From IMG/VR virus record IMGVR_UViG_3300026986_000001, positions 1 to 47,725 of that record: a DNA stretch of 47,725 nt. One strand, 5' to 3'. The translations under genes were made by a program, and so were the position numbers. The DNA is from a virus. Below are positions 27,085 to 37,131 of the stretch, piece after piece. Position 1 is the first letter of the stretch; every line of letters begins with the position of its first letter. The notes below the pieces were generated by a model. That model was not told where the DNA came from. It did no database searches and saw nothing but the letters and a program-made list of their open reading frames with translations.

Positions 27085-28041
27085 ATGACGGGGGAGACAA
27101 CCATCGCGTACCAGCACGAGCCGGTCGACGACTACCGCGGCACCCCGACGATGAGCGAATACCTCTTCCCGGGGTTGAACCCGAGCGTCGAAGACCTCAC
27201 GCTCCAGAACGCGCTCACGCGGATGAACGCCCCGGACGACCCGGAGACGCTGGAGTCCGTCGCGCAGCGCTTCGAGGGGGCTCTCGGACTCTCGTTCACC
27301 GTCACAAACGCGTGGTGGCTGAACCACGTCTACGGCGCCCCGCCGACGGCTGGCGGCGAGTCTTCGGCGCCGTACACGTACACGTGGGCGCCGCGTACCG
27401 GCCGCGCGCAGTCCAGCCGCTGGTACATTGGCGTCAACCACCTTGACGGTACCAGCGAACGCGTCATCAAGGGCGGCGTGTTCCCGCAGATGGAACTCCA
27501 GTTCTCCGAAGGCGACGAGGTCCGCGCGTCCCTCACAGGGTTCTACGGGGACGAGGAGGGCAAGACGTCCATCTCGGCCGGCAGTCTCACGGGCAAGAAC
27601 CTCTCCCCCGTGATGTTCCACGGTGCCAGTCTCGAAATCCCGAACTCGCAGACCATTATGAAGCCACAGGAGGCGACGCTCGAACTCCAGACCGGTGCCC
27701 GCGCCCAGCGGACATGGCAGCGCAAGCCCATCGACGCTGTCCTCGGTCGGATGGAACCGTCCCTGTCGCTCTCGAAGATCATCACCGGCACGAGTCAGCG
27801 CACGCTCGCGTACGGTAACTCGACAGCGCCGGCCGACAGCGTCGACGGTGCTGCCACTGCGACGCTCCGTGCAGAATCCGGTGGGCAGAACGCGCTCGAA
27901 GCGGAGCTGACGCGCGTCACTCCGAACTCGTACAACTGGCAGCAACTCGCGGACCTCAACGAGGACTCGCTGGAGGACATCCAGTACAACGTTGACGGCC
28001 TGACGATGGTCGCCGAATCCGGCGAAGCGAACGCGCTGTAA
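27085..28041 (+). CDS. major tail protein
   Basis: 318-aa ORF directly upstream of the chaperone-like and tape-measure genes. No sheath gene is present, so the tail is siphovirus-type. Confidence 0.6.
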   Translation: MTGETTIAYQHEPVDDYRGTPTMSEYLFPGLNPSVEDLTLQNALTRMNAPDDPETLESVAQRFEGALGLSFTVTNAWWLNHVYGAPPTAGGESSAPYTYTWAPRTGRAQSSRWYIGVNHLDGTSERVIKGGVFPQMELQFSEGDEVRASLTGFYGDEEGKTSISAGSLTGKNLSPVMFHGASLEIPNSQTIMKPQEATLELQTGARAQRTWQRKPIDAVLGRMEPSLSLSKIITGTSQRTLAYGNSTAPADSVDGAATATLRAESGGQNALEAELTRVTPNSYNWQQLADLNEDSLEDIQYNVDGLTMVAESGEANAL

Positions 28042-28065
28042 CTACCCGCGGCACCGTTCTGCATC

Positions 28066-28695
28066 ATGCCACGCAACACCACCACCATTGACATCGACGA
28101 GGAGATCAACCGTATCGAGCGGGAACGACGAGAACTCGCTGCCGACGCTGCAGCCATCGAGGAAGACCTCGCAGAGGCCAGCGACGGCGACAAGGACGTG
28201 CAGCCCGGGAATCATCCCGAGTACGTCCAATCGGTACAGCGCGGCCGAACGCTCGACACGCACCTGAGCGCGCTCTACTGGGCGCGTGACGGCCGCGGCG
28301 ACCCTACCCACGACGGCTGGGGAGAGGACGCCACCGTCACGCTCGGTGCGATGAACACGGGCGAGCACGCTGAAATCCGCGACCGCCTAAGCGCGGCGCG
28401 CAACGAGCGCGTCGGTCTCGGCGACAGCGACGACGAGGGGATGTCCGAAATCTTCCGGGTCGCCGGGTCCCTCGTCGACGCGCCGTTCCTCGACGGCAGC
28501 GAGGACTTCGAGGCGACCGTTGCGATGGTCCGCGAACTCCCGCCACAGTTCTCGACGTACCTCAAGACCAAGGCGAACGAAATCTCCTCGCTGGGGCTCG
28601 ACGAGGGAAACTCCTTCAGCGCGCTTGTCGAGGAGAAGAAGACCTCGACGACCTCCCCCGGCGAGTCCTCGTCGACTACGCAACGGCCGTCCTGA
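28066..28695 (+). CDS. tail assembly chaperone (gpG-like)
   Basis: Acidic 209-aa ORF between the major tail and tape-measure genes. A 40-codon ORF in the -1 frame follows at 28695..28817. Confidence 0.5.
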   Translation: MPRNTTTIDIDEEINRIERERRELAADAAAIEEDLAEASDGDKDVQPGNHPEYVQSVQRGRTLDTHLSALYWARDGRGDPTHDGWGEDATVTLGAMNTGEHAEIRDRLSAARNERVGLGDSDDEGMSEIFRVAGSLVDAPFLDGSEDFEATVAMVRELPPQFSTYLKTKANEISSLGLDEGNSFSALVEEKKTSTTSPGESSSTTQRPS

Positions 28696-28809
28696 TGACC
28701 TACGGCCACGACCCGCGCGACGTCCGGGAGTACCCGTGGCGCGACATCGAAGTGTTCCTCGCGACGCACGGCATCATCGAACTTCGGCAGACCTTCGGAG
28801 GGATTCCTG

Positions 28810-30153
28810 ATGGCTGACGGCCAATCATTCGACTCACTCGTCGAACTCGAAGTCGGCATCGAACAGGGCAGCCTCCGGGATGCCCGCAAGAGTATCGAGG
28901 ACGGCCTCGCCGACGTCGAGGCGACCGTCAGTCCGACCGGGCCGGCCTACGGGGGCGGCAGCGGGAGTGGAGGTGGTAGCAACGTCGCGTCGCGGGAGCG
29001 CGCGATGAGCCGGCAGCTCCTCTCCAGCCAGAACAACAAGCTCGACACCGTCACGGATTCGTGGGGACAGAACCTCGAACTGAACGAGCGCCGGAACTTC
29101 CTCCTTGAGGAGCTGCTGGAGTCCACGGGAACCGGGGACGGTGGCGGCCTTGATGGGCCGACGCCACGAGGGAGCAGTAGCCTTCTTGGCGGAGTTGCTG
29201 GCGGTGGCGCTTCGCTCCTCGGGATGGGGGCGCTCGCCATCGGGGGTCTCGGTCTCGGGAAACTCACGGACATCAAGCCGCCCGACATCCCGCCGCTGGA
29301 AGTCCCCGACATCCCGCCGCTCAAAGCTCCTGATGCGCCCGAACTCAAGGTCCCGGACATTCCGAAACTCGGGGTTCCGGAGATTCCGAAACTGGAGGCT
29401 CCGAACATCCCGCCGCTGAAGGCCCCCGATATTCCACCGCTGTCGGTCCCGGACATCCCCAAGCTCGACGTGCCGGACATCCCTGCGCTTGGTCTGCCGG
29501 AGATTCCCGACCTCGGGGTGCCTGACCCGCCGACGCTGAAGGTTCCGGACGTTCCGCCGATTCCGGTCGCGAAGCCGGACTGGGTTCCGCTCCCGCTCAA
29601 GAATCCGAACGGCTCTGGGTCCGGGAACGGCTCACCGTCGGTTACGGACCGCGTCACGACGGGCGTTGCGACGAACGCCGCGATGACGTTGGACATGGTG
29701 AAGCAGGGCGGGGAGGCAGCGTTCAACGCCGCAGGAAAAGGCGTGAACTACGCGGCGCAAAATCCGTGGAAGACGGGTGGCGCAATCGGTGCGGTTGGGC
29801 TCGCCGCGGCTGATGGCCCGCTCCCGTTCGGGGATTCTGCGGCGATGGCCGCGCTCCCGATGCTCGGGCTCAGCGGTCGAGGCGGTAGCGGGAACTCCTC
29901 GCAGAACGTGTACAGTCGGCCGCCGACGCCACGGCAGTCGACTGTGCCGCCAGCGAGGATGGGGAACCCGAGCCCCGCTGGCCGTGCGGGGAACCGTGCT
30001 CGGGAACGCCGGCGACAGGCCGGGGGCAACGTCACGGTCCATCAGAACTTCTCCGTTCAGGGCGCGTCGCCGCGAGAAGTTGACCGGAAGATCGAGAAGG
30101 CGAAACAGGACGTCATCAAGACGGTTCGCAACTGGATGAACGGGGGGCTGTAG
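28810..30153 (+). CDS. tape measure protein (short, with proline-rich octapeptide array)
   Basis: Position after the chaperone. Gly/Ala-rich hydrophobic segments (LLGGVAGGGASLLGMGALAIGGLGLG, GGAIGAVGLAAADG). Basic C-terminus. Confidence 0.6.
   Translation: MADGQSFDSLVELEVGIEQGSLRDARKSIEDGLADVEATVSPTGPAYGGGSGSGGGSNVASRERAMSRQLLSSQNNKLDTVTDSWGQNLELNERRNFLLEELLESTGTGDGGGLDGPTPRGSSSLLGGVAGGGASLLGMGALAIGGLGLGKLTDIKPPDIPPLEVPDIPPLKAPDAPELKVPDIPKLGVPEIPKLEAPNIPPLKAPDIPPLSVPDIPKLDVPDIPALGLPEIPDLGVPDPPTLKVPDVPPIPVAKPDWVPLPLKNPNGSGSGNGSPSVTDRVTTGVATNAAMTLDMVKQGGEAAFNAAGKGVNYAAQNPWKTGGAIGAVGLAAADGPLPFGDSAAMAALPMLGLSGRGGSGNSSQNVYSRPPTPRQSTVPPARMGNPSPAGRAGNRARERRRQAGGNVTVHQNFSVQGASPREVDRKIEKAKQDVIKTVRNWMNGGL
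29281..29568 (+). repeat. 12 tandem 24-bp coding repeats (octapeptide PDIPxLxV)
   Basis: PDIPPLEV PDIPPLKA PDAPELKV PDIPKLGV PEIPKLEA PNIPPLKA PDIPPLSV PDIPKLDV PDIPALGL PEIPDLGV PDPPTLKV PDVPPIPV, read from the translation and the DNA. Confidence 0.95.
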
Positions 30154-30789
30154 ATGCACTACGACCCAGTTCGGCTCCACATCTACGGCGACCCCGGCGA
30201 CGGACAAGGATCTCGGGAAGCCGTCTTCGAGATGCTCGCTGGCGGCGAAGAGACGGGGTTAGTCGCGGCTCACCACGTGAACTACGGGTACGCTACCGGT
30301 GGCGGGACGACGTCGTCGGCGGTCTCCTCGGTGTTCGAGGACCAGTTCGGCGATGGCGTGAACACGCGGAAAATCCACACGGCTACTGGTGGCGCCGAAC
30401 ATCGCATCGAGCTCGACTTTCAGGGCTGGGCGGGCGCTGAGAACCCTGATACGAACGAGCCCCTGCAGTGGGGGGATACGGGCGACGACACCAACCTGAC
30501 GGCGTGGGACGCAACCGGCGAGCGCCCGCTCACGCAGATGCAGGTCTTGGTGAACTGGCTCCGAAACGTCCCTATCGACTCCGGCACGCATCCGAACGCC
30601 GGACAGGCAGAACTCGAAATCGGGGAGTATAGCGACAACGGCGTGATGGAACGCCTCGACGTCGTCATCGACGGTCCGACGGTTGAGTTCTCGTCGCTGC
30701 AGCCGTCGACGTACGACGGCTCTATCACGCTCGTCGAGACGGCGGACCTGACGAAGCCCATCGACGCGGCGCTCCGCGAACTGTTCTAA
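30154..30789 (+). CDS. putative distal tail protein (Dit-like)
   Basis: First gene after the tape measure (TAGATG junction), 211 aa. Confidence 0.5.
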   Translation: MHYDPVRLHIYGDPGDGQGSREAVFEMLAGGEETGLVAAHHVNYGYATGGGTTSSAVSSVFEDQFGDGVNTRKIHTATGGAEHRIELDFQGWAGAENPDTNEPLQWGDTGDDTNLTAWDATGERPLTQMQVLVNWLRNVPIDSGTHPNAGQAELEIGEYSDNGVMERLDVVIDGPTVEFSSLQPSTYDGSITLVETADLTKPIDAALRELF

Positions 30790-30795
30790 GAACCT

Positions 30796-31950
30796 ATGCA
30801 GAAACTACGGCTTTACACGCTCGTCGTCCCGTGGCAGGCACAGCTCCGAAACGACAGCGACGCCCGACGAGAGACTGCGGCGCAGAACGCGCTCCAATCG
30901 GACGTCGCGCCGCTGCAGTCGCTCGGTTCCCAGCCCGGGGAGCATCGTGTTCGCGCGACGCTCCGCGGACAGTACGCGGAGCTGATGGCTGCGGAAGTCG
31001 CGGAGATATCGGACCCTGCGGGGTACGATGTCATCCCAGTGTTCGCCGACGACCCTGCGGAGAGTGAAGCGACACCTGACAACGGCTACTACACGGTTCG
31101 GACCGGGTCCCGTCAACCAGTCGACCCGAAAGCCGAGTACCTTCAGACGGTCGACCTGCGTCTGGAAAAGCAGGGGACGCGTTGGTCGCACTTTCGGGAA
31201 GTGAGCGTGAACGCGACGGATGTCGACAACGCATGGGGCAACGACGAAGTCTGCGAGGTTGGCGTGCCTGCTGCGGCGGCACGTGTCCGCTGGTACAACA
31301 CCGTCACGGGCGACTCAACAGCAGCGTCCCCGTCGACGACGCGAACCAGCGAGTTCGCGGACGTGAGCATCCTCGACGTGACTCCGGGAACCACGCCGTA
31401 CGACCGCGAGCGCCTCGCCGTCATCTACGACCTACCCTACCCCGAGGAGGGGCGCGTTGATGCTCGGGTCTGGGATACGTACGGCCGAAGCAGCAAGGTC
31501 GATGCTGACGGTGTCTGTTCATGGGGGCGCGTCTTCTCGACGGCACACGAGACCGCCGGGTCGCTCGTGCTCGACAACGGCCTCGTCCGCGTGACACTCG
31601 ACACGACTGGTGGACTCACTGCAGAGGAGTACGACGCCTCGTCGAGCGCGTGGACATCGCTCTCGCTCCCTGCGAGCGACTGGAGCCTCAGGGAAGTCGA
31701 CCTCGTTGAAACAAATCCTGCTCGGGTCGCAACTCATCTTGAGTTCGTGAACAGTTCGACGAGCGAGTCGTACGCGCTGCGCGCGATTCTCCACCGTGGA
31801 CGGACCCGGCTGCAGTTCGACCGCCCCGAGTCAGCGACGACTGCCGTCCCGTCGGGGCTCAAAGACTTTCTCGCGCCCCTCGCCGGAAGTAGTCTCTACG
31901 ATTCGGGGGCGTCGCTGGGGCTGCGGGAGCGCGGGGAGGTGAACGCATAG
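30796..31950 (+). CDS. putative tail-tip/baseplate protein (Tal-like)
   Basis: Second gene after the tape measure, 384 aa. Confidence 0.45.
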   Translation: MQKLRLYTLVVPWQAQLRNDSDARRETAAQNALQSDVAPLQSLGSQPGEHRVRATLRGQYAELMAAEVAEISDPAGYDVIPVFADDPAESEATPDNGYYTVRTGSRQPVDPKAEYLQTVDLRLEKQGTRWSHFREVSVNATDVDNAWGNDEVCEVGVPAAAARVRWYNTVTGDSTAASPSTTRTSEFADVSILDVTPGTTPYDRERLAVIYDLPYPEEGRVDARVWDTYGRSSKVDADGVCSWGRVFSTAHETAGSLVLDNGLVRVTLDTTGGLTAEEYDASSSAWTSLSLPASDWSLREVDLVETNPARVATHLEFVNSSTSESYALRAILHRGRTRLQFDRPESATTAVPSGLKDFLAPLAGSSLYDSGASLGLRERGEVNA

Positions 31951-34900
31951 ATGGCTCGCATAATTGATGACTTCGAAGACGGCGATACCGCCGGGTGGAG
32001 CGTTACTGGCGGCACGTTCACCGCCGACGGGTCAAACCCTATCGACGGCGCGTACACCGGCAAATTCCAGACCCGGGCCGGCGTCAAGGACACCGCAACA
32101 GCACCCGAGATCGCCGAACAGCAAGATGACTGGTCGATAAAACTCCGGCTGGACACCACCAGCAACAACAGCGCCGACTACTTCTCCGTCTCGCCGCGAG
32201 CAGAATTCGGCACCACTCCCTTCACACTCGTCTTCTATCACAACGGCGACGTATATTACGAGTCGTCGGCCGAGTCAACCCAACAACTCACCTCCTACAA
32301 CACGGGAGAAACCATCCACATCACGGCGACAATCCAGTACGCCGATAATACCGTCGACCTCTCTATCGACGGCTCGCAAACAGGCGTCACAGACGTCACG
32401 AATCTCGGCATCGATGGCGGGTTCGGTGGGGTCGCCAGCACGGATATCATCGTCGATAGTAGCGCCAGCGGATCACAGTGGACGCTCTCACTCGACACCA
32501 TCAAAGCCGTCCCCAAGCCCCTCGACGAGCCCGAGTCGGTCACGCAGACCGTTACCGGCGCCGACTCGGCTACGCCGAGCTGGAGTGCGCCGAGCACGGG
32601 ATCTTCGCCCAGTGGATATGACGTGGACCGACGCCTCGACGGTGGCTCGTGGACGCGCGTCGTCTCCGACCACCCCGAGACCAGTTACGACGACAGCTTC
32701 GCCAGCAGCGCAGACACCGTCCAGTACCGGGTGCGCTCCACAGCCAGCTACGGCGCCAGCGACTGGGTATCCACGTCGACGAAGTCCACGAATATCACGA
32801 CGCTGTCGGCCTCAACTACGACCGGAGACAGTATCGACCTCAACTGGGACGCCGTCGACGACACCACCGACTACGATGTCCTCTTCGCGGAAGCCTCGGG
32901 CAGCACCGAGAGCGACTACAGCATCGACCAAACAGTCTCGGGGACGTCGGCGACTCTCAGCGGGCTGGAGGATGGCGAACGGTACTACGCGCGGGTCGTT
33001 GCTCGCTATCCCGGACCGGATAGTCTCTCACCGGAGGCGGACGCGACGACCGTGCTGGCGGCGCCATCGCTGGACTCCGTCGACGACAGCGTCGAGGACG
33101 AACTCACGGTCAACTACTCGCTCCCGGATGACTCGACGGACGGTGACGTCCTCGTGGAGCTCTCGGATGACGGCGGCAGCACTTGGGGTGACTCGACGAC
33201 GGTGGCGGACCTCTCGGCGACAACGGCGACCATCACTGGCCTCCCGGATGGCGTTACGTACACGGCGCGAGTGACGCGGCGGACCGACCACGCGGAAGCG
33301 GTCTCGGGGACGCAAACTGCGACGACGAGTCTCCCGGCGGCGACCGACCTCACGGTCGGCGCGATTGATGCGGCGAGTATCGAGCTCTCGGGCTGGACTG
33401 TCGAGGCGGACAACGGCCAGCAGCGCGTCGAGTACAAGCAATCGGATGCCTCACAGTGGCAGACGGACGCCTCCACGCTCGGATTGTCGACGACCACCGA
33501 GGTCATCGATGGACTCCTGACTGGTGAGGCGTACGACATCCGGGTCGTGACGTCGACGCCGGACACGGAGACTGCGTCCGCGGTTGTCTCGGCGACTACG
33601 ACGTTGCCGGACGCCGTAGCGCCGACGCTCGGCAACGGCGTCAAGGACGAGGTTGCCGTCGAGTTCCTCGATGTCACGACCAACGGCGTCTACCGCATCC
33701 AGATTCGGGAGACTGGGCAGGCGTCGTGGGATTCGAGCGCTACGGGGTTCGCCGAACAGGTCATTTCGTCCGATGGGGACACCTCCGACACCGTCAGCAC
33801 GATCTTTACTGGCCGCGAGGACGGCGAGGAGTACGCGGTCCGACTCCGCTCCGAAACCGAACACGCGACGGGCGCGTGGACGTCGCCGACGAGCATCGTC
33901 ACGAAGTTCCCCGGCGCCGCGAACCTCCAACTCGACCCCGACGCAGCGGTTACGGAGACGTCGGTGCCGCTTGTGTGGATTGACCAGTCCGACAACGAGG
34001 ACGGCTTCGATATCGAGCGCCGGCGGCGCTACGAGGCGGGATGGGGTGAGTGGACTGTCGTCGCAACTCGCGGGCCGAACACCGAGAGTCACGTCGACGA
34101 CACCGCCCTCCCGGGCAACGAGTACGAGTACCGCGTCCGAGCGTACACCGACGACACAGAAGCCTACTCCGCAGTAGTCGCGGTGTCGACGCCCGGCCTT
34201 GACGTGGAGAGCAAACGCATCCCCGCCAGTGGGTGGTACGTCGAGATCGAGCATCCGGACGCGAACACGCCGCTGACGCCGCGCGTGGTCGGCTCCCCGC
34301 AGAAGAATCCGGCAGTAAACGGTCTTCCCCGCCTTCGGGTCCCCGTTCCTAAGGACGACAAGTGGAACGACACGGGGTTCGAGGACGCCCCGATGCGTGT
34401 CTGGGAAGATGGTATCAGGCAGCCCGTCGACGAGCTCGTGCGCCGCGAGCAAGAGCCCAACCAGACTCTGCTCGTCGGCGAAGGTGGCACCGCGCTCAAA
34501 CAGAGCGTGCAGCGTGACATCGTCGAGGAGCGTGCTGATGTCTTCGTTCGTAATCTCGTCCCAGCCGAGACCCCGTACTCAACGAACGTTGACGAGCCGA
34601 CGGGGACCGCCCAAGAGGATGTCCCCCAGCAGGGTATCGACACCCAGTCCGACTACGAGGCCCTGTTGGCAGACCCGATCCCCGCAACCGAGCCCGCACG
34701 CCTGAACAGTGATGGGACCGTCGAGACGCTGGCCACGCTGGATGCTGCGATTCCGTGGGGCTCGTGGGAGTACCGGAGCAGCGTCGTCGAAATCGCTGAA
34801 ACCACCAGCGGGTCGGACTACATCAACAACCGCGCACTGCGACTGACTGGCGTTTCTGGGACCATCGAGGCGTGGACGACTGTCGGTCTTGAGTACGACC

Positions 34901-36345
34901 TCCCCGCGGAGCGCGTCGGTATTGCGGTCCGCGTTGAGAACGAGACGTCGAGTACCGAGCACGTCGCGTTCGAGATTCGCGTCGACGGTACGACGGTGTC
35001 GACGGTCTCGTCGACCTACCTCGTGGGGTCTGAGGGGATGCGGTGGTTCGAAGTCCTTGATGCAGGCGATACGCTCGGGGAGCTGGCGGCGGGCGGCCAC
35101 GAGATTCGCGTCGTCCCGACCGCTGCGGGCAGCGATAGCGACACCGATAGTATCGCCGTGAATGGCGCGGCGGTCTACGACACCCGCGACTACGACAGCC
35201 TCGAGAGCACGGTGACGAACGGGAAGACGTCGTCGCCGACGACGCACGCCCACGAGTACCCGCTGGAGTTCATCGACGCGCAGCCAGCGCAGTCCGTGGT
35301 CGGTGGCCGCGTCGACGTCAGCGTGTCCGCGACGAGTGGACTGGAGCTCGCGCTGTCGAACGATTCTGGGGCGACATGGCGCACTGCTGGAAACACCGAT
35401 TCGTTCGAGACGGAGTGGACGGCCGCGAGTTCGTCGCTGCGGGCGCGGGTAACGCTGTCCAGCAGCGGCGGCAGCTACCAGTCCGGCCTCCTCCGCAAGA
35501 ACGGGCACGTACTGGATGCCGTCGATGTATTTGCGGACTTGCAGGACATCCCCATACTGGCAAACGAAGCTTTTGACAACTCTCTCAAGAGCATCCTAAA
35601 CACGGTTGCAGACGACACGAACTCGGTATGGGAGGTCCGCCGCGGACCAGATGGATACTCCGTGGAGTGGACGCAACCGGGCCAGCGGCCAACGGAGATC
35701 GACACGGAGGTTCTCGATTACTCGCACAGCGAGGATACGAGCGAGCGCGTGCAACAGGCTCGCGTCTTCGGTGCATCCCGCAAATACTCGGAGACCATCG
35801 CGGTCCAGCACGACACGGAAGTCGCGCTGACGCATAGTCCCCTCGTCGACGCCAGCGAACGCGTCGAAGACCCTGACACAGGCACCGTCTACGAGTACGG
35901 CGCCGACTACGTTCCTCGCGGCAACGCAGGGACCATTGAGGCGCTGAGCACGGGCGATATTACGGACGGTCAAGATGTCCGCGTCACCTACGAGTATAGT
36001 CTCAAGTCGAGTTACACGGCCGCCGATGCTGGGTCAAACCCCCAGAGCCAGCGGTTCGACTTCAACATCCCGACGGAACGGGGATGCGGGCAAGCGGCGC
36101 GCTACATCGTGCAGCGTCTCAAAGACCCCGTCGTTGAGGCGGAACTTATCGTTCCGAAAGCACCGCTGGACTGGAAGGTCATCAACGCCATCAATCCGGA
36201 CATCATCCCGGGCGACCCGAAGCAGATCCGAGGCATCGAACAGACGCCCAAGCAAGTCGTTCTTCAGCTGGAGAACCGCGAACCCGACCAGAACATCCTC
36301 GAAGACATCCGCACCCAGATGACGAGCAACACGCGACAGGTGTAG
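31951..36345 (+). CDS. large tail fibre/receptor-binding protein with about six FN3-like repeats
   Basis: 1464 aa. Between about aa 190 and 760 there are six roughly 90-aa units with an FN3 signature (W...Y.V/Y.R...L...Y.(V/A)RV...). N-terminal lectin-like segment DDFEDGDTAGWSVTGGTF. Confidence 0.75.
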   Translation: MARIIDDFEDGDTAGWSVTGGTFTADGSNPIDGAYTGKFQTRAGVKDTATAPEIAEQQDDWSIKLRLDTTSNNSADYFSVSPRAEFGTTPFTLVFYHNGDVYYESSAESTQQLTSYNTGETIHITATIQYADNTVDLSIDGSQTGVTDVTNLGIDGGFGGVASTDIIVDSSASGSQWTLSLDTIKAVPKPLDEPESVTQTVTGADSATPSWSAPSTGSSPSGYDVDRRLDGGSWTRVVSDHPETSYDDSFASSADTVQYRVRSTASYGASDWVSTSTKSTNITTLSASTTTGDSIDLNWDAVDDTTDYDVLFAEASGSTESDYSIDQTVSGTSATLSGLEDGERYYARVVARYPGPDSLSPEADATTVLAAPSLDSVDDSVEDELTVNYSLPDDSTDGDVLVELSDDGGSTWGDSTTVADLSATTATITGLPDGVTYTARVTRRTDHAEAVSGTQTATTSLPAATDLTVGAIDAASIELSGWTVEADNGQQRVEYKQSDASQWQTDASTLGLSTTTEVIDGLLTGEAYDIRVVTSTPDTETASAVVSATTTLPDAVAPTLGNGVKDEVAVEFLDVTTNGVYRIQIRETGQASWDSSATGFAEQVISSDGDTSDTVSTIFTGREDGEEYAVRLRSETEHATGAWTSPTSIVTKFPGAANLQLDPDAAVTETSVPLVWIDQSDNEDGFDIERRRRYEAGWGEWTVVATRGPNTESHVDDTALPGNEYEYRVRAYTDDTEAYSAVVAVSTPGLDVESKRIPASGWYVEIEHPDANTPLTPRVVGSPQKNPAVNGLPRLRVPVPKDDKWNDTGFEDAPMRVWEDGIRQPVDELVRREQEPNQTLLVGEGGTALKQSVQRDIVEERADVFVRNLVPAETPYSTNVDEPTGTAQEDVPQQGIDTQSDYEALLADPIPATEPARLNSDGTVETLATLDAAIPWGSWEYRSSVVEIAETTSGSDYINNRALRLTGVSGTIEAWTTVGLEYDLPAERVGIAVRVENETSSTEHVAFEIRVDGTTVSTVSSTYLVGSEGMRWFEVLDAGDTLGELAAGGHEIRVVPTAAGSDSDTDSIAVNGAAVYDTRDYDSLESTVTNGKTSSPTTHAHEYPLEFIDAQPAQSVVGGRVDVSVSATSGLELALSNDSGATWRTAGNTDSFETEWTAASSSLRARVTLSSSGGSYQSGLLRKNGHVLDAVDVFADLQDIPILANEAFDNSLKSILNTVADDTNSVWEVRRGPDGYSVEWTQPGQRPTEIDTEVLDYSHSEDTSERVQQARVFGASRKYSETIAVQHDTEVALTHSPLVDASERVEDPDTGTVYEYGADYVPRGNAGTIEALSTGDITDGQDVRVTYEYSLKSSYTAADAGSNPQSQRFDFNIPTERGCGQAARYIVQRLKDPVVEAELIVPKAPLDWKVINAINPDIIPGDPKQIRGIEQTPKQVVLQLENREPDQNILEDIRTQMTSNTRQV

Positions 36346-36348
36346 TTG

Positions 36349-37131
36349 CTACGCGCTGTACTGGACCGTGAGATTCGAAGACTCGTAGAAGACCGCCGCC
36401 ACGCGCTTCTGGTTGTACGCTTCCGGGTTTGCGATAAGCGTCGCCGAGTCAACATTACGCGGCACCTCGAACGTGAGGTGAGTAGTGTAGCTCGCATCCG
36501 GCCGGAGGGTCACGTCGCGGAGGTCGTCGCCACCGACGAGATGCTGTGGCGAGTATTCGACGCCGTCGGTGAGGAGGCGGAAGTACCGCTGCGTCAGGTC
36601 GATGCGGCGCTCGCCGGTGTTCGTGATATTCACGCGAACGACGATGTACTTGTGGTCTGCGTCGCCCTCGTAGGAGTACCCGTCGTTCGCCTGCGGGTCT
36701 ACCGTCTCGCGGGCTTCCGCGTTCCACGCGACGTGGAGACGGTCGACGTCGTTCTGATAGGTCGTGTTGTTCGCGCTAAACGACACGGCGAGCTCGGAGG
36801 GGGTGGCTGTGCCGCCGCCCGCGGTGGTCTGCGTTGACTCTTGAGTAGAGGCCACGGAGTAGACAGCGAGCCCGCCGATGCACGATGTAACGAGAAGGGC
36901 AGCAGCCAGCCACGTCGTGATGACCGTGCCGCGTGCTCGGAGCTGACTCCGGACCTGTGGAAGCGCAATCAGGCCTCCCGCGACGAAGAGCACTGCCGCG
37001 AGGATGCTCGCGGTAGCGGCGCCGATGGCGAAGAAGAACGCGACCCCAGCGCCGGCGTAGAACGCGAGCCGCTGCAGAGACACGTCCATATTGTGACGCG
37101 TCCCGCCGAGTCGGCATAAGTTCTCGGTCAT
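36349..37131 (-). CDS. membrane-anchored protein with Ig-like (DUF4352-type) ectodomain
   Basis: Convergent with the fibre gene (3-nt gap). Three TM helices, then YIVVRVNITNTG...FRLLTDG..Y, typical of DUF4352-like domains. Start is uncertain: GTG 37194, ATG 37131 or ATG 37089. The last has the TATA-like AACTTATG about 27 nt upstream. Confidence 0.7.
   Translation of the reverse strand: MTENLCRLGGTRHNMDVSLQRLAFYAGAGVAFFFAIGAATASILAAVLFVAGGLIALPQVRSQLRARGTVITTWLAAALLVTSCIGGLAVYSVASTQESTQTTAGGGTATPSELAVSFSANNTTYQNDVDRLHVAWNAEARETVDPQANDGYSYEGDADHKYIVVRVNITNTGERRIDLTQRYFRLLTDGVEYSPQHLVGGDDLRDVTLRPDASYTTHLTFEVPRNVDSATLIANPEAYNQKRVAAVFYESSNLTVQYSA

Noticed and set aside
27020-27088. 22-codon micro-ORF (MLLTDTTDITDVPDAPDAGDFA) whose stop overlaps the major tail ATG
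   Set aside because: Too short to evaluate. It may simply be an untranslated leader, although the ATGA overlap is suggestive.
29281-29568. Regular 24-bp repeats that might look like a CRISPR-type or satellite array
   Set aside because: The units are contiguous with no spacers, in frame, and translate to a coherent octapeptide repeat inside the tape-measure ORF.
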